Part shown: in pieces, positions 29,595 to 39,192 of the stretch
How the letters are laid out: each line of letters begins with the position of its first letter
Position numbering within the stretch: position 1 is the stretch's first letter
From: an uncultured Verrucomicrobiae bacterium
Lineage (GTDB): Bacteria; Verrucomicrobiota; Verrucomicrobiia; Chthoniobacterales; UBA10450
Direction: 5' to 3'
Assembly: GCA_963735805.1 (NCBI GenBank)
Contig: CAVTMK010000002.1
Span: forward strand, 544,001-608,000
Length of the DNA: 64,000 bases
The notes under the pieces: model-generated
Database searches by the model: none
Told to the model about the DNA's origin: nothing
What the model saw: the letters and a program-made list of their open reading frames with translations, nothing else
Translations under genes and position numbers: made by a program

Positions 29595-30179
29595 ATGTTC
29601 CAACACGTCACCGTCCTTGTATCGTTTATCTTCGCCATCGCTTTGACACATGTTTTTTCGAGCGCGTCACAATTGCTGCTGGCTCGCGACCGCGTTTGCT
29701 TCTCGGCCATCCTCACGGTGGCGATGGTCAATGCTGCGCTAGGCGTGGTCATTAACTGGCTCGGCCTTTGGGAGCTCCAGAATTTAAAGCATTGGTCGCT
29801 TGGCGAAGTACTGCTTCAACTCGGCTGGGTGGTCCCAAATTACTTTAGCTGTTCACTCGTCGCCATGCCTTGTAGCGAAACCGGAGTGCTCGATATGTCA
29901 GCCTTCTTTGAGCGACAGCGCCGGGTTATTTTCTCCGCCACCCTGGCGTTATCCATAATGGGAGGGTTGGCGATCTACCTCAACCGCAACAACTTTGAGG
30001 GATGGACGCCTAACGACTGGATGGGCGCGGAACTGCTCGGTATGTTGCTCGCCGTTTGTGCGGTGCTGGCCGGTTGGGCAAAGCCGCGCTGGCTGCAATG
30101 GGTCGGGGTCGGCGGCATGTTCGTTCAAAATATTTGGTTTTTCGTTTTCTACACGCTAGGCCCTGACCGCACTCAATGA
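29595..30179 (+). CDS. hypothetical multi-TM membrane protein within the array
   Basis: About 6 hydrophobic segments; ATGA overlap with the next gene. Confidence 0.75.
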   Translation: MFQHVTVLVSFIFAIALTHVFSSASQLLLARDRVCFSAILTVAMVNAALGVVINWLGLWELQNLKHWSLGEVLLQLGWVVPNYFSCSLVAMPCSETGVLDMSAFFERQRRVIFSATLALSIMGGLAIYLNRNNFEGWTPNDWMGAELLGMLLAVCAVLAGWAKPRWLQWVGVGGMFVQNIWFFVFYTLGPDRTQ

Positions 30180-32017
30180 AGATCAATAATTTCTTCGCCG
30201 AGTTGAAGCGGCGGAATGTTTACAAAGTTGCGGTCGCTTATGCGGTCGCTTCCTGGTTGTTGATTCAAATCGCGACCCAGGTTTTCCCGTTTTTCGAGAT
30301 CCCGAATTGGGCGGTGCGACTCGTAGTGCTACTGCTCGTTTTAGGTTTTCCCGTCGCGCTGATTTTGTCGTGGGCTTTTGAGATTACGCCTGAGGGAATC
30401 AAACTCGAATCCGAGATCGAGCCGAACAAATCAATTAAGCGAGGCACCGGGCGAAAGATTGTCGCCGTGACCATCGCGCTGGCAATCGTAGCGGCTGGTC
30501 TGTTCGTGTATCAACTGGTAGGCCGCGATGGCTGGGCGCGCCGCTCTTATGATTCAGAAGCCGCTGAAAACGGACGGCCCGGCGGTCTGTCCCTGCCGAT
30601 ACCTAACAAATCGATCGCAGTGCTGCCGTTCGATAATCTCAGCCGCGATCCCGATAACGCTTATTTTTGCGAAGGCGTGCAGGACGAAATCCTGACCCGG
30701 TTGGCAAAAGTCGCGGACCTGAAAGTTATCTCGCGCACATCGACACAGCAATTCAAGAGCGCGCCAGAGAATTTACCGCAAATCGCGAAGCAACTTGGGG
30801 TGGCCCATGTACTAGAGGGAAGTGTGCAAAGAGCGAACGACCAGATCCGCGTCAACGTACAATTGATCAATGCTCTAACCGATGCGCACCTATGGGCCGA
30901 AACGTTCGATCGGAAATTGACTGATATCTTCGCGGTTGAAAGCGAGATCGCGAAAACAATCGCCGATACGTTACAGGCGAAGCTAAGCGGCTCCGAGCAG
31001 CATGCAATTGCCGCGCGACCAACCGAGAATACCGAAGCGCACCAGCTTTATTTGAAGGGACGTTTTTTTTGGAACAAGCGCACCGGGAACGATCTGAAGA
31101 AGTCGCTCGATTACTTTGAGCAAGCCATCGCGGCAGACCCCAACTACGCCCTCGCTTACGCCGGAATCGCCGATGCTTACGTCTTTCTACCCGGGTACAC
31201 GGCAGGCACTCCAAAAGATTGTTACCCGAAAGCGATGGCGGCGGCGAAGAAGGCGTTGGAATTAGACGATACTCTCGCAGAAGCGCATACCACTTTGGCG
31301 CTGGCGATTTGGTATTACGATTTCGATTTCTCGCAAGCGAACAGGGAATTTCAGCGTGCGATCGAGTTGAACCCAAATTATGCAACTGGACACCAGCAGT
31401 ACGCAAACAACACTTTGTCCGCGTTAGGCCGGTTCGACGAGGCAATCGCCGAGGGAAAACGAGCGGTCGAACTTGATCCTCTCTCGCTCGTGATCAACGC
31501 GGATCTCGGCATGAATTATTATTATGCACGCCGCTACGACGAAGCTATTACGCAACTGCGAAAAACGCTGGAAATGGATCCTGGCTATTACTATGCCCAT
31601 GTCGACCTGGGCCAGGTTCTCGCGGCGAAGCGAGCATTCGGCGAGGCGATTTCGGAGTATCAAAAGGCGCGTGCTTTAAACGACGACCCATTCGTGCTCG
31701 GGCTGCTCGGTCACGCTTATGCCTCCTCGGGTAACAAGACTGAGGCACTGAAAATACTGGACCAGCTGAAAGAGGTCTCCGGGCAGCGCTACGTCTCCAC
31801 GTATAGCTTTGCTATTGTTTATCTCGCACTCGACGACAGACAAGAGGCGCTTCGCTGGCTCGAACAAAGCTATCAAGATCGCGCCGGTGCTGACATTGGG
31901 TGGATTCGAGTTGACTCGCTTCTGGATGCACTGCACGGCGACCCAGGCTTCGAAGCGCTCGCCGAGAAGATTGTTCCAGCCGCGCAGTTTGGAAAGAAAG
32001 TCCCGACGAAACAGTGA
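30176..32017 (+). CDS. membrane-anchored TolB-N/TPR protein, member H
   Basis: Same architecture. Confidence 0.9.
   Translation: MKINNFFAELKRRNVYKVAVAYAVASWLLIQIATQVFPFFEIPNWAVRLVVLLLVLGFPVALILSWAFEITPEGIKLESEIEPNKSIKRGTGRKIVAVTIALAIVAAGLFVYQLVGRDGWARRSYDSEAAENGRPGGLSLPIPNKSIAVLPFDNLSRDPDNAYFCEGVQDEILTRLAKVADLKVISRTSTQQFKSAPENLPQIAKQLGVAHVLEGSVQRANDQIRVNVQLINALTDAHLWAETFDRKLTDIFAVESEIAKTIADTLQAKLSGSEQHAIAARPTENTEAHQLYLKGRFFWNKRTGNDLKKSLDYFEQAIAADPNYALAYAGIADAYVFLPGYTAGTPKDCYPKAMAAAKKALELDDTLAEAHTTLALAIWYYDFDFSQANREFQRAIELNPNYATGHQQYANNTLSALGRFDEAIAEGKRAVELDPLSLVINADLGMNYYYARRYDEAITQLRKTLEMDPGYYYAHVDLGQVLAAKRAFGEAISEYQKARALNDDPFVLGLLGHAYASSGNKTEALKILDQLKEVSGQRYVSTYSFAIVYLALDDRQEALRWLEQSYQDRAGADIGWIRVDSLLDALHGDPGFEALAEKIVPAAQFGKKVPTKQ
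30518..30596. repeat. diverged copy of the linker REPIN-like element in member H
   Basis: GTAGGCCGCGATGGCTGGGCGCGCC...GGCCCGGCGGTCTGTCCCTGC; homologous to 28078-28153. Confidence 0.65.
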
Positions 32018-33771
32018 GAATCAACCATTTTCTCTCCGAGCTGAAGCGTCGAAATGTCTACAAAGTTGCCGTCGCGTACATCGTTGCCGGCTGGGCATTG
32101 GCGCAAGGAATTGCGCAGGTTTTTCCAGTTTTCTATGTTCCGAATTGGGCAATTCAATTAGTAGTTGTTTTGATCGTCGTCGGTTTTCCGGTCGCAGTCG
32201 TGCTCGCGTGGGCATTTGAGATCACCCCTGAGGGAATCAAACGAACCGAAGATGTCGATATTACGCAGCCACATTCAATCGGTGGCGCTTGGATCTACAT
32301 AGTCGTCATTAGCGTGTTTGTCTCCGTGGGCCTGTTTTTCCTTGGCCGCTATACGGCTGGAAATGCAATGCCCCGACCGAGCGAAACGGCCTTGGCGAAT
32401 TCTAAAAAGTCAATCGCTGTCCTGCCGTTGGTTAATGAAAGCGGCGATCCATCCGACGACTATTTCTCCGACGGACTATCAGAGGAACTGATTGCAGCGT
32501 TGGGACAAATCAAAAATCTCAAAGTGATCGGTCGCAGTTCTTCGTTTCGTTTCAAAGATAGAAAAGAGGAACCCAAAGTTATTGGCGAAAAGCTCGGTGT
32601 GAGCACGCTCCTGGAAGGCACCGTGCGAAAGCAGGGGAACAAGGTGCGAATTGTTGCCGAGCTGATTAAGGCCGCGGATGGAACGGAGCTGTGGTCGCGA
32701 ATTTTCGATCGTGAACTCAAGGACATTTTCGCAGTTCAAACCGAAATCGCTCAGGCTGTGGCTGCATCACTGGAGCTCACATTGCTTGGGGATAAAGACA
32801 TAACCGCCGCAAGTGCTTCGACGCAAAATGCAGAAGCGCACAACGCGTATCTGCAGGGCCATTTTTATTTCGCAAGGCGAAATGTGGAGGATTACCGGAA
32901 GGCGATCAGCTTCTTCGATGAGGCGATTCGAATTGATCCTGATTACGCTTTGGCTTATGCGGAGCGCGCTGAAGCCTGGACGTTCATCGGCGATTTGAGC
33001 CCCGAACAAAAGAAGGAGGCCTGGGCTGCGGCTAAAAGGGATGCCGAGAAGGCGGTCAAGGTCGGCCCTGACCTGGCGGAGGCGCACGCGGCTTTGGGTT
33101 GGGTTCGTTTTTTTTGCGAATGGAAATTTGCCGAAGGCCTTTCCGAACTGAAGCGTGCAAGAGAGCTTGCGCCTGCAAATCCGACTGCGAACGATCTGCT
33201 GGCGCGGGTGTTGATCTACGTAAACCAAATAGCAGAAGCCGAGAAACTAGCGCGCCAGGCAGTCGAACTTGATCCGCTCGCTTATTTAGCGCGAGGGAAT
33301 CTCGCCCGGATCCTGCTGGCCGAAGGCAAACTAGACGAGGCTGATGCGGAGGCGCGGAAAGCTGCAGAACTGCAACCGACCGGCGCAGGTAACCACCGCT
33401 GGCAAGTCACCGTGGCAGTCCTGCGTGGTGACGGGGAGACCGCCTTGCACGAAGCTCAGCTTGAGCCTAACGACGGTTACCGGCGCTTCGAACTCGCGCT
33501 TGCATATTATGCGCGAGGGGATCGAGCAGCCGCGGACGCAGCGCTGGCCGGCATGGTCGCCAACGACAGAAACCTGTTGGCTTACCAAATTGCTGAGGTT
33601 TACGCCTGGCGCGGCGAAACGGATAAGGCCTTCGAGTGGTTGCAAATCTCGTACGATAATCATGACACCGGACTACTCAGTCTCTTAATCGATCCGCTGA
33701 TGCGCGGTCTGCGCGGCGATCCCCGTTACAAAGACATGATTGAGAAAGTGGGTTTGCCAACGCCGCCATGA
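32014..33771 (+). CDS. membrane-anchored TolB-N/TPR protein, member I
   Basis: Same architecture; GTGA overlap with H. Confidence 0.9.
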   Translation: MRINHFLSELKRRNVYKVAVAYIVAGWALAQGIAQVFPVFYVPNWAIQLVVVLIVVGFPVAVVLAWAFEITPEGIKRTEDVDITQPHSIGGAWIYIVVISVFVSVGLFFLGRYTAGNAMPRPSETALANSKKSIAVLPLVNESGDPSDDYFSDGLSEELIAALGQIKNLKVIGRSSSFRFKDRKEEPKVIGEKLGVSTLLEGTVRKQGNKVRIVAELIKAADGTELWSRIFDRELKDIFAVQTEIAQAVAASLELTLLGDKDITAASASTQNAEAHNAYLQGHFYFARRNVEDYRKAISFFDEAIRIDPDYALAYAERAEAWTFIGDLSPEQKKEAWAAAKRDAEKAVKVGPDLAEAHAALGWVRFFCEWKFAEGLSELKRARELAPANPTANDLLARVLIYVNQIAEAEKLARQAVELDPLAYLARGNLARILLAEGKLDEADAEARKAAELQPTGAGNHRWQVTVAVLRGDGETALHEAQLEPNDGYRRFELALAYYARGDRAAADAALAGMVANDRNLLAYQIAEVYAWRGETDKAFEWLQISYDNHDTGLLSLLIDPLMRGLRGDPRYKDMIEKVGLPTPP

Positions 33772-33836
33772 GCGCACGCAATTTCTTTCCCGAGTTGAAG
33801 GAGTCGCAATGTCTACAAGGTCGCGATCGCGTATGA
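33768..33836 (+). pseudogene. frameshifted 5' remnant of another array member
   Basis: ATGA overlap; MSARNFFPELK, one extra base, then SRNVYKVAIAY, after which similarity is lost. Confidence 0.75.
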
Positions 33837-33925
33837 TGGCGTTCGCAATGTGTCAGCCAATGCGTAACAGTGCCCGTCCAAAAGAAGTGCTCAGCGTCAA
33901 GACGACCTGGCGCTAGCGATTGCTT

Positions 33926-36361
33926 ATGTCGGCCGAACATTCCTTAGAAGTGAAATTCGAGATCGGGCACGTCCTGTTCATCGATATCGTGGGCTACTCG
34001 AAATTGCTCATCACTGAGCAGAGCGATCAGCTGCAAACGCTTCGCCAAATCATCCGTGGCACCGAGCAGTTTAAGAAAGCCGAAGCAGAAGGTAAACTGC
34101 TTCGTCTACCAACCGGCGACGGCGGTGCGCTGGTGTTTCAAAACAGTCCGGAAGCACCGGTCCTATGCGCGCTGGAAATCAGCCAGGCACTTAAGAGCCA
34201 TCCGGAACTGAAGGTGCGCATGGGTATTCACAGCGGGCCTGTTAACGAAATTACCGACCTCAACGAGCAGGCCAATATTGCCGGGGCTGGAATCAATATT
34301 GCCCAGCGGATCATGGACTGCGGAGACGCAGGCCACATTTTGCTCTCACGCCATGTTGCGGACGATCTCGAACACTATCCGCAATGGCGCTCGCATCTTG
34401 CTGAGCTGGGGGAATGTGAAGTGAAACATGGCAGCCGCGTTTCGGTTGTAAACCTGTATACCGAAGATGCCGGTAACGCCGCACCGCCCACGCGCCTGGC
34501 AGCGAAGAAAGCCTCCTCGTCTTCAGGCAAACGACTGACTACTTTTCAGATTCTCGCGCTGGCTGCGCTCCTTTTGATCGGTATCGGGGTTCCCGCTATC
34601 ATTTTCTCTCCGGCGATTTTGAAGTCGCTGCGTTCTGATGCCTCCGGACATTCCAGAGATGCGTCACTGCCTGTTCCCGAAAAGAGCATCGCGGTGTTGC
34701 CGTTCGAAAACCTGAGCGATGACAAACAAAACGCGTTTTTTGCCGACGGAATTCAGGATGAAGTTCTCACCAATCTCGCCAAGGTCGCCGATCTGAAAGT
34801 GATCAGCCGCACGAGTGTGGGGCAATACAAGGCCGCGGCAACACGGAATCTGCGAGAAATTGGCCAGGCGCTCGGGGTAGCTCACGTTCTGGAAGGGAGC
34901 GTTCAGCGAGTCGCGAACAAGGTTCGAGTCAATGCGCAGCTGATCGACGCCCGTAACGATGCGCATCTGTGGGCGCAAACCTACACTCGCGATCTGGCTG
35001 ACGTGTTTGGAATCCAAAGCGAAATCGCCGAAGCCATCGCGCAACAATTGCAGGCGCATTTGTCCGCTGATGAGAAAGCGCGAATCGCGAAACCATCTAC
35101 GACCGACCCGGTGGCGTACGATCTCTATCTGCGGGCGCGACAACTCGACGATCTGGCGAACGATCCGGACGCAAAGGGGTACCTGCTTCAGGGCATCAGC
35201 CTGTTGGAGGAAGCGGTCCGGCGCGATCCGAAATTCCTGCGTGCGTACTGTCTGATGTGCGAAACTCACCTCGATTTGTACTGGGGCGGGGCTGACCACA
35301 CCGACCAGCGACGCGAACTGGCCCGAATCGCTCTGCAAAAAGCTGAAGAAATCCAGCCGGACGCGGGCGAAGTTCATGCGCAGAAAGGCCTTTATTTGTA
35401 CCACGGTTTCCGTGACTACGATCGGGCGCTGACCGAACTCGAAATTGCTAAACGGCTTCTGCCTAACGAGGCGCGGATCTACGTAACCATAGGCGCCGTG
35501 GACCGCCGAACGGCGCGGTGGCAGGAAGCGGAGACAAATTTCGGGCGCGCTGTGGAATTGGATCCGCGCAATTTTATCGTGGCCATGGAAGCGGCCTCCA
35601 CGTCTCAAGGCATGCGCCGCTACACTGAAGCGAGGCGTTTATATGAGCGATCGCTTACTATCCTGCCAAACAATCCCTTTGCTCGCTTTCTTCTTGGCTT
35701 CAATTTCTTCGGCGAAACCGGTGACGTTGCAGCGTTGCGAAAGCAATTAGACTTGGTAGCGCAGCAGGGTCCGGAGGCCGAACGCAGCGTTGCATTCCCG
35801 CTCGTTTATTGCAGCTGGATGCAGCGGGATCGAGCCGCCGCCGAAAAGGCAGTGGCACTGATTCCAGCGGAAGGCATCGCCAACAGCCTCGATGAAGCGC
35901 TTGTACCTCGCGAATATTGCGTCGGACGCACGGCATGGCTCTTCGGCGATAAGGAATTGGCGCAGGCGGCGCTCGGATCCGCACGGGCGATTTTCGAGCG
36001 CATCACGCGTGAACAACCAGACTATCCGCAGGCGTGGGCATACCTCGGCCTAACGGATGCCATGCTCGGCCGGCAAAGTGAAGCGATCCAGGAAGGAAAA
36101 CGCGCCTGTGAAATCCTGCCTTACACGAAAGATTCCTGGATCGCACCGACATTCATGACTTACCTCGCCGCGATTTATGCCATGTGCGGCGAGAAAGAAG
36201 CGGCGCTGCAACAACTGAAGATGTCGGCCGAACTTCCGGTCGGCATCACCTACGGTGAGCTCAAGCAAAGCCCCGAGTGGGATTCACTGCGGGGCGATCC
36301 GCGATTCGAGCAAATCGTCGCGTCGTTTAAACCGACAAACGCCATCTCCGCCGCCAAGTGA
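33926..36361 (+). CDS. class III adenylate/guanylate cyclase domain + TM + TolB-N + TPR protein
   Basis: LFIDIVGYS, TGDG, RMGIHSGPV and GAGINIAQRI cyclase motifs, then SIAVLPFENLS domain and TPRs. Confidence 0.9.
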   Translation: MSAEHSLEVKFEIGHVLFIDIVGYSKLLITEQSDQLQTLRQIIRGTEQFKKAEAEGKLLRLPTGDGGALVFQNSPEAPVLCALEISQALKSHPELKVRMGIHSGPVNEITDLNEQANIAGAGINIAQRIMDCGDAGHILLSRHVADDLEHYPQWRSHLAELGECEVKHGSRVSVVNLYTEDAGNAAPPTRLAAKKASSSSGKRLTTFQILALAALLLIGIGVPAIIFSPAILKSLRSDASGHSRDASLPVPEKSIAVLPFENLSDDKQNAFFADGIQDEVLTNLAKVADLKVISRTSVGQYKAAATRNLREIGQALGVAHVLEGSVQRVANKVRVNAQLIDARNDAHLWAQTYTRDLADVFGIQSEIAEAIAQQLQAHLSADEKARIAKPSTTDPVAYDLYLRARQLDDLANDPDAKGYLLQGISLLEEAVRRDPKFLRAYCLMCETHLDLYWGGADHTDQRRELARIALQKAEEIQPDAGEVHAQKGLYLYHGFRDYDRALTELEIAKRLLPNEARIYVTIGAVDRRTARWQEAETNFGRAVELDPRNFIVAMEAASTSQGMRRYTEARRLYERSLTILPNNPFARFLLGFNFFGETGDVAALRKQLDLVAQQGPEAERSVAFPLVYCSWMQRDRAAAEKAVALIPAEGIANSLDEALVPREYCVGRTAWLFGDKELAQAALGSARAIFERITREQPDYPQAWAYLGLTDAMLGRQSEAIQEGKRACEILPYTKDSWIAPTFMTYLAAIYAMCGEKEAALQQLKMSAELPVGITYGELKQSPEWDSLRGDPRFEQIVASFKPTNAISAAK

Positions 36362-38667
36362 AGATGGCAAGCTTCTTTTCCGAGCTAAAGCGACGTCACG
36401 TTGATAAAGTCGCGCTCACGTATGCGGTTGTCGCGTGGCTGCTGATTGAAGCTGCTTCGATTCTTCTGCCGAAGTTCGACGCGCCTGCGTGGGTAATGGA
36501 GACACTCATCGTAGTCCTCGCGCTTGGTTTCATTATTTCCGTGTTCATCTCCTGGTCTTTTGAGATGACGCCGGAAGGCATGAAACGAACGGCGGAGGTC
36601 ACGCCGGGCGAAGTGCTTCCCTACTGGAGCAAACGGAAGTTTCTCACGTTTGTTATCGGCACGGCTGTTATTGCCTTTGCTCTGCTTGCGTACCAGTTTT
36701 TGTGGCCCGAAGGCGGGCGCCGCCTGTCGACAAAACAACGCACCGACAAAGTCATTATTCAGGGTAACACGGCTGGCACCCAAACCGTCGAAACGCAGTC
36801 CGACGGCACAGTACGCGCTGAATACTCCTACAACGATCGCGGCCGCGGCGATCATATCACTGCAACCTGGAAACTCGACAGCGCGGGCGTGCTGATCGCT
36901 TACGACGGCCATGGCAATGATTACATGAAGGCGCCGGTCGAAGAACATTTCGAAATAAGTGACGGTCGAGCGAGCTGGAAGAACCGCAGCGAACAAGGCG
37001 ATCAAGCCATCTCTGGCCAAGCTTTCTACCTGCCGATGAATTCGCCGCCGGAGATCTTGGCTGTGCTGGCACGTGCGCTATTGAAGGCGCCGAACCACAA
37101 ACTTCCACTTCTTCCTGCAGGCGAGGCAACGATTGAACAGGCAGGTAAAGTGACTTCCGGCAGTAATGTTTTCACCGAATATCGCATCACTGGTCTCGGG
37201 TTTTCGCCGCAAACGATCTGGTTAGATCATAACGGCGCATCGGTATCTGTGTCGTCGTGGTTTTCAGTCGTGCCGAATGGTTCCGACTCTTCAGTGGCGC
37301 GATTGCGCGAAGAACAGAAAAAAACCGACGCCGCATGGTCGACGCGCATTGCTCGCGCGCTCGCCCACACGCCGCGCGGCGAGCTGGTCATTCGCGACGC
37401 GCGCTTGTTCGATCCACGCGATCTTAGTGTCACGCCGGGAACAAGCGTTCTGATCGACGGCGAGCGCATTGTGCGAGTGGGACCGGACGCGGACGTTAAA
37501 CCATCTGCAAACGCCGAGGTCATCGACGCGCAGGGACGCTTCCTCATGCCGGGCCTCTGGGATAATCACCAGCATTTCAGCGACAACGACGGGGCGCTCG
37601 ACCTGGCGACGGGCGTGACCAGCGCGCGAGATATGGCCAATGATACCGATGACTTTCTTCAACGCGTCGCGCGATTCGACGATGGCACCGAGCTTGGGCC
37701 GCGGGTTCTGAAAGCGGGAATCATCGACGGCACAGGCGAATTTGCAGGTCCTACCAAGATGCGGGTCGATACCGCCGAACAGGCCATTGAAGACGTCGAT
37801 TGGTATGCCGACCACGGCTACGTCCAAATTAAGATTTATTCATCGGTTAAGCCGGAGCTGGTTCCGATTATCGCCGATCATGCGCATGCGCGGGGACTAC
37901 GCGTGAGCGGGCACGTTCCCGCCTTCATGTCAGCGCGCCAGTTCGTCGAAAGCGGCGCAGATGAAATCCAGCATCTCAATTTTATCGTGCTCAACTTCCT
38001 GTTTCCCGAAGTGAAAGAGACGCGCAATCGTGATCGCTTTATCAAAGTTGCCGAGCACGCCGGCGAATTTACTCCCGACAAACCCGAAGTCCGCGCCTTC
38101 ATTAATTTTCTCAAAGAGCATCATACGGTGCTCGATCCGACGATGAGCGTCTTTGAAGCTCTGTTTTGCGGCGATCCCACCGCGATCTCGCCCGGCCTGG
38201 AAGCCATCGTGCCTCGTTTTCCGCCGCAGGTTCGGCGCGCGATGCGGAGCGGAGCGCTGGAGGTTCCTGCGGACAAACAGGCGGCGTATCGCGAAGCGTT
38301 CCCGGCGATGTTGCGCTTACTCAAAGCAATTTACGACGCAGGCGTGACGATTATCCCGGGGACGGATGCGCTGTCTGGATACACCCTCCACCACGAGCTC
38401 GAACTTTATGCGCGCGCTGGGATCCCTCCGGCTGAAGTCCTGCGAATGGCAACATGGACGCCAGCTCTGGTGATGGGTGTTGACAAAGACCGCGGTGTCA
38501 TTGCCCCGGGAAAACTGGCCGACATGATTCTCGTAGATGGCGACCCGGCAAAAGACATTCGCGACATCAACAAGATCACGACTGTAATTAAAGGTGGAAA
38601 AGTGTACGACCCGGCGGCGATCGAAAAAGCGCTTGGTATCGCGCCTCCCGCAAGTGCTGCCCAATAA
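36358..38667 (+). CDS. ELKRR membrane anchor fused to a metal-dependent amidohydrolase
   Basis: FFSELKRRHVDKVALTY..FEMTPEG anchor; LMPGLWDNHQH, IKIY, SGH, IQH, PGTD and GKLAD amidohydrolase motifs. Confidence 0.88.
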   Translation: MKMASFFSELKRRHVDKVALTYAVVAWLLIEAASILLPKFDAPAWVMETLIVVLALGFIISVFISWSFEMTPEGMKRTAEVTPGEVLPYWSKRKFLTFVIGTAVIAFALLAYQFLWPEGGRRLSTKQRTDKVIIQGNTAGTQTVETQSDGTVRAEYSYNDRGRGDHITATWKLDSAGVLIAYDGHGNDYMKAPVEEHFEISDGRASWKNRSEQGDQAISGQAFYLPMNSPPEILAVLARALLKAPNHKLPLLPAGEATIEQAGKVTSGSNVFTEYRITGLGFSPQTIWLDHNGASVSVSSWFSVVPNGSDSSVARLREEQKKTDAAWSTRIARALAHTPRGELVIRDARLFDPRDLSVTPGTSVLIDGERIVRVGPDADVKPSANAEVIDAQGRFLMPGLWDNHQHFSDNDGALDLATGVTSARDMANDTDDFLQRVARFDDGTELGPRVLKAGIIDGTGEFAGPTKMRVDTAEQAIEDVDWYADHGYVQIKIYSSVKPELVPIIADHAHARGLRVSGHVPAFMSARQFVESGADEIQHLNFIVLNFLFPEVKETRNRDRFIKVAEHAGEFTPDKPEVRAFINFLKEHHTVLDPTMSVFEALFCGDPTAISPGLEAIVPRFPPQVRRAMRSGALEVPADKQAAYREAFPAMLRLLKAIYDAGVTIIPGTDALSGYTLHHELELYARAGIPPAEVLRMATWTPALVMGVDKDRGVIAPGKLADMILVDGDPAKDIRDINKITTVIKGGKVYDPAAIEKALGIAPPASAAQ

Positions 38668-38670
38668 CAT

Positions 38671-39192
38671 ATGAACTGGGAAATGCTGGCGGCGATTGGG
38701 CAATTAATAGCCGCATGTGTCGGAATCCCATCCATCATTTATCTCGCCCTTCAAATCAGGGCTCAAACCAAGGAACGCCACCAATCGGTGGTAAACGCTC
38801 TTACGGTTCAGTGGGGCGATCTAACGAGGTCGTTTCACGACAACGCCGAGTTTTGCGCCATCTATCTTCGCGGCGTGCAGTGCTTCAACGATCTCGATGC
38901 AGTGTCGAAGCTGAGATTTAGCTCGTTCCTCAATCGCTTCTTCAAAAATTTCCAAGCAATGTTTTTCTCGCATCGTGACGGCGTGCTCAGTACTTCGTTA
39001 TGGGGTGAGGTTGAGAGAACGATGAGCGATGTAATTGCCTATCCCGGTGTACAACAGTGGTGGAAGACGCGGAGACATTGGCACACGGAAGAGTTCGGCC
39101 GTGTCATCGACGCGATTATCGCCAGGGGCGACAGGCCCACGGCTTATTCAACGTATAACCTGGGCGAAGCCGGGCCGCCAAAAGATATCTGA
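38671..39192 (+). CDS. hypothetical protein with N-terminal TM (paralogue of 44404-44922)
   Basis: IGQL..SIIYLALQIR and PGVQQWWK pattern shared with the 44404 ORF. Confidence 0.75.
   Translation: MNWEMLAAIGQLIAACVGIPSIIYLALQIRAQTKERHQSVVNALTVQWGDLTRSFHDNAEFCAIYLRGVQCFNDLDAVSKLRFSSFLNRFFKNFQAMFFSHRDGVLSTSLWGEVERTMSDVIAYPGVQQWWKTRRHWHTEEFGRVIDAIIARGDRPTAYSTYNLGEAGPPKDI

Noticed and set aside
34664..35608. 314-aa antisense ORF and similar overlapping ORFs throughout the track
   Set aside because: They lie within well-supported genes, have no recognisable motifs, and are expected in GC-rich DNA
18499..38667. Diversity-generating retroelement acting on the TPR array
   Set aside because: No reverse transcriptase, and no template/variable repeat pair with adenine-specific differences was seen
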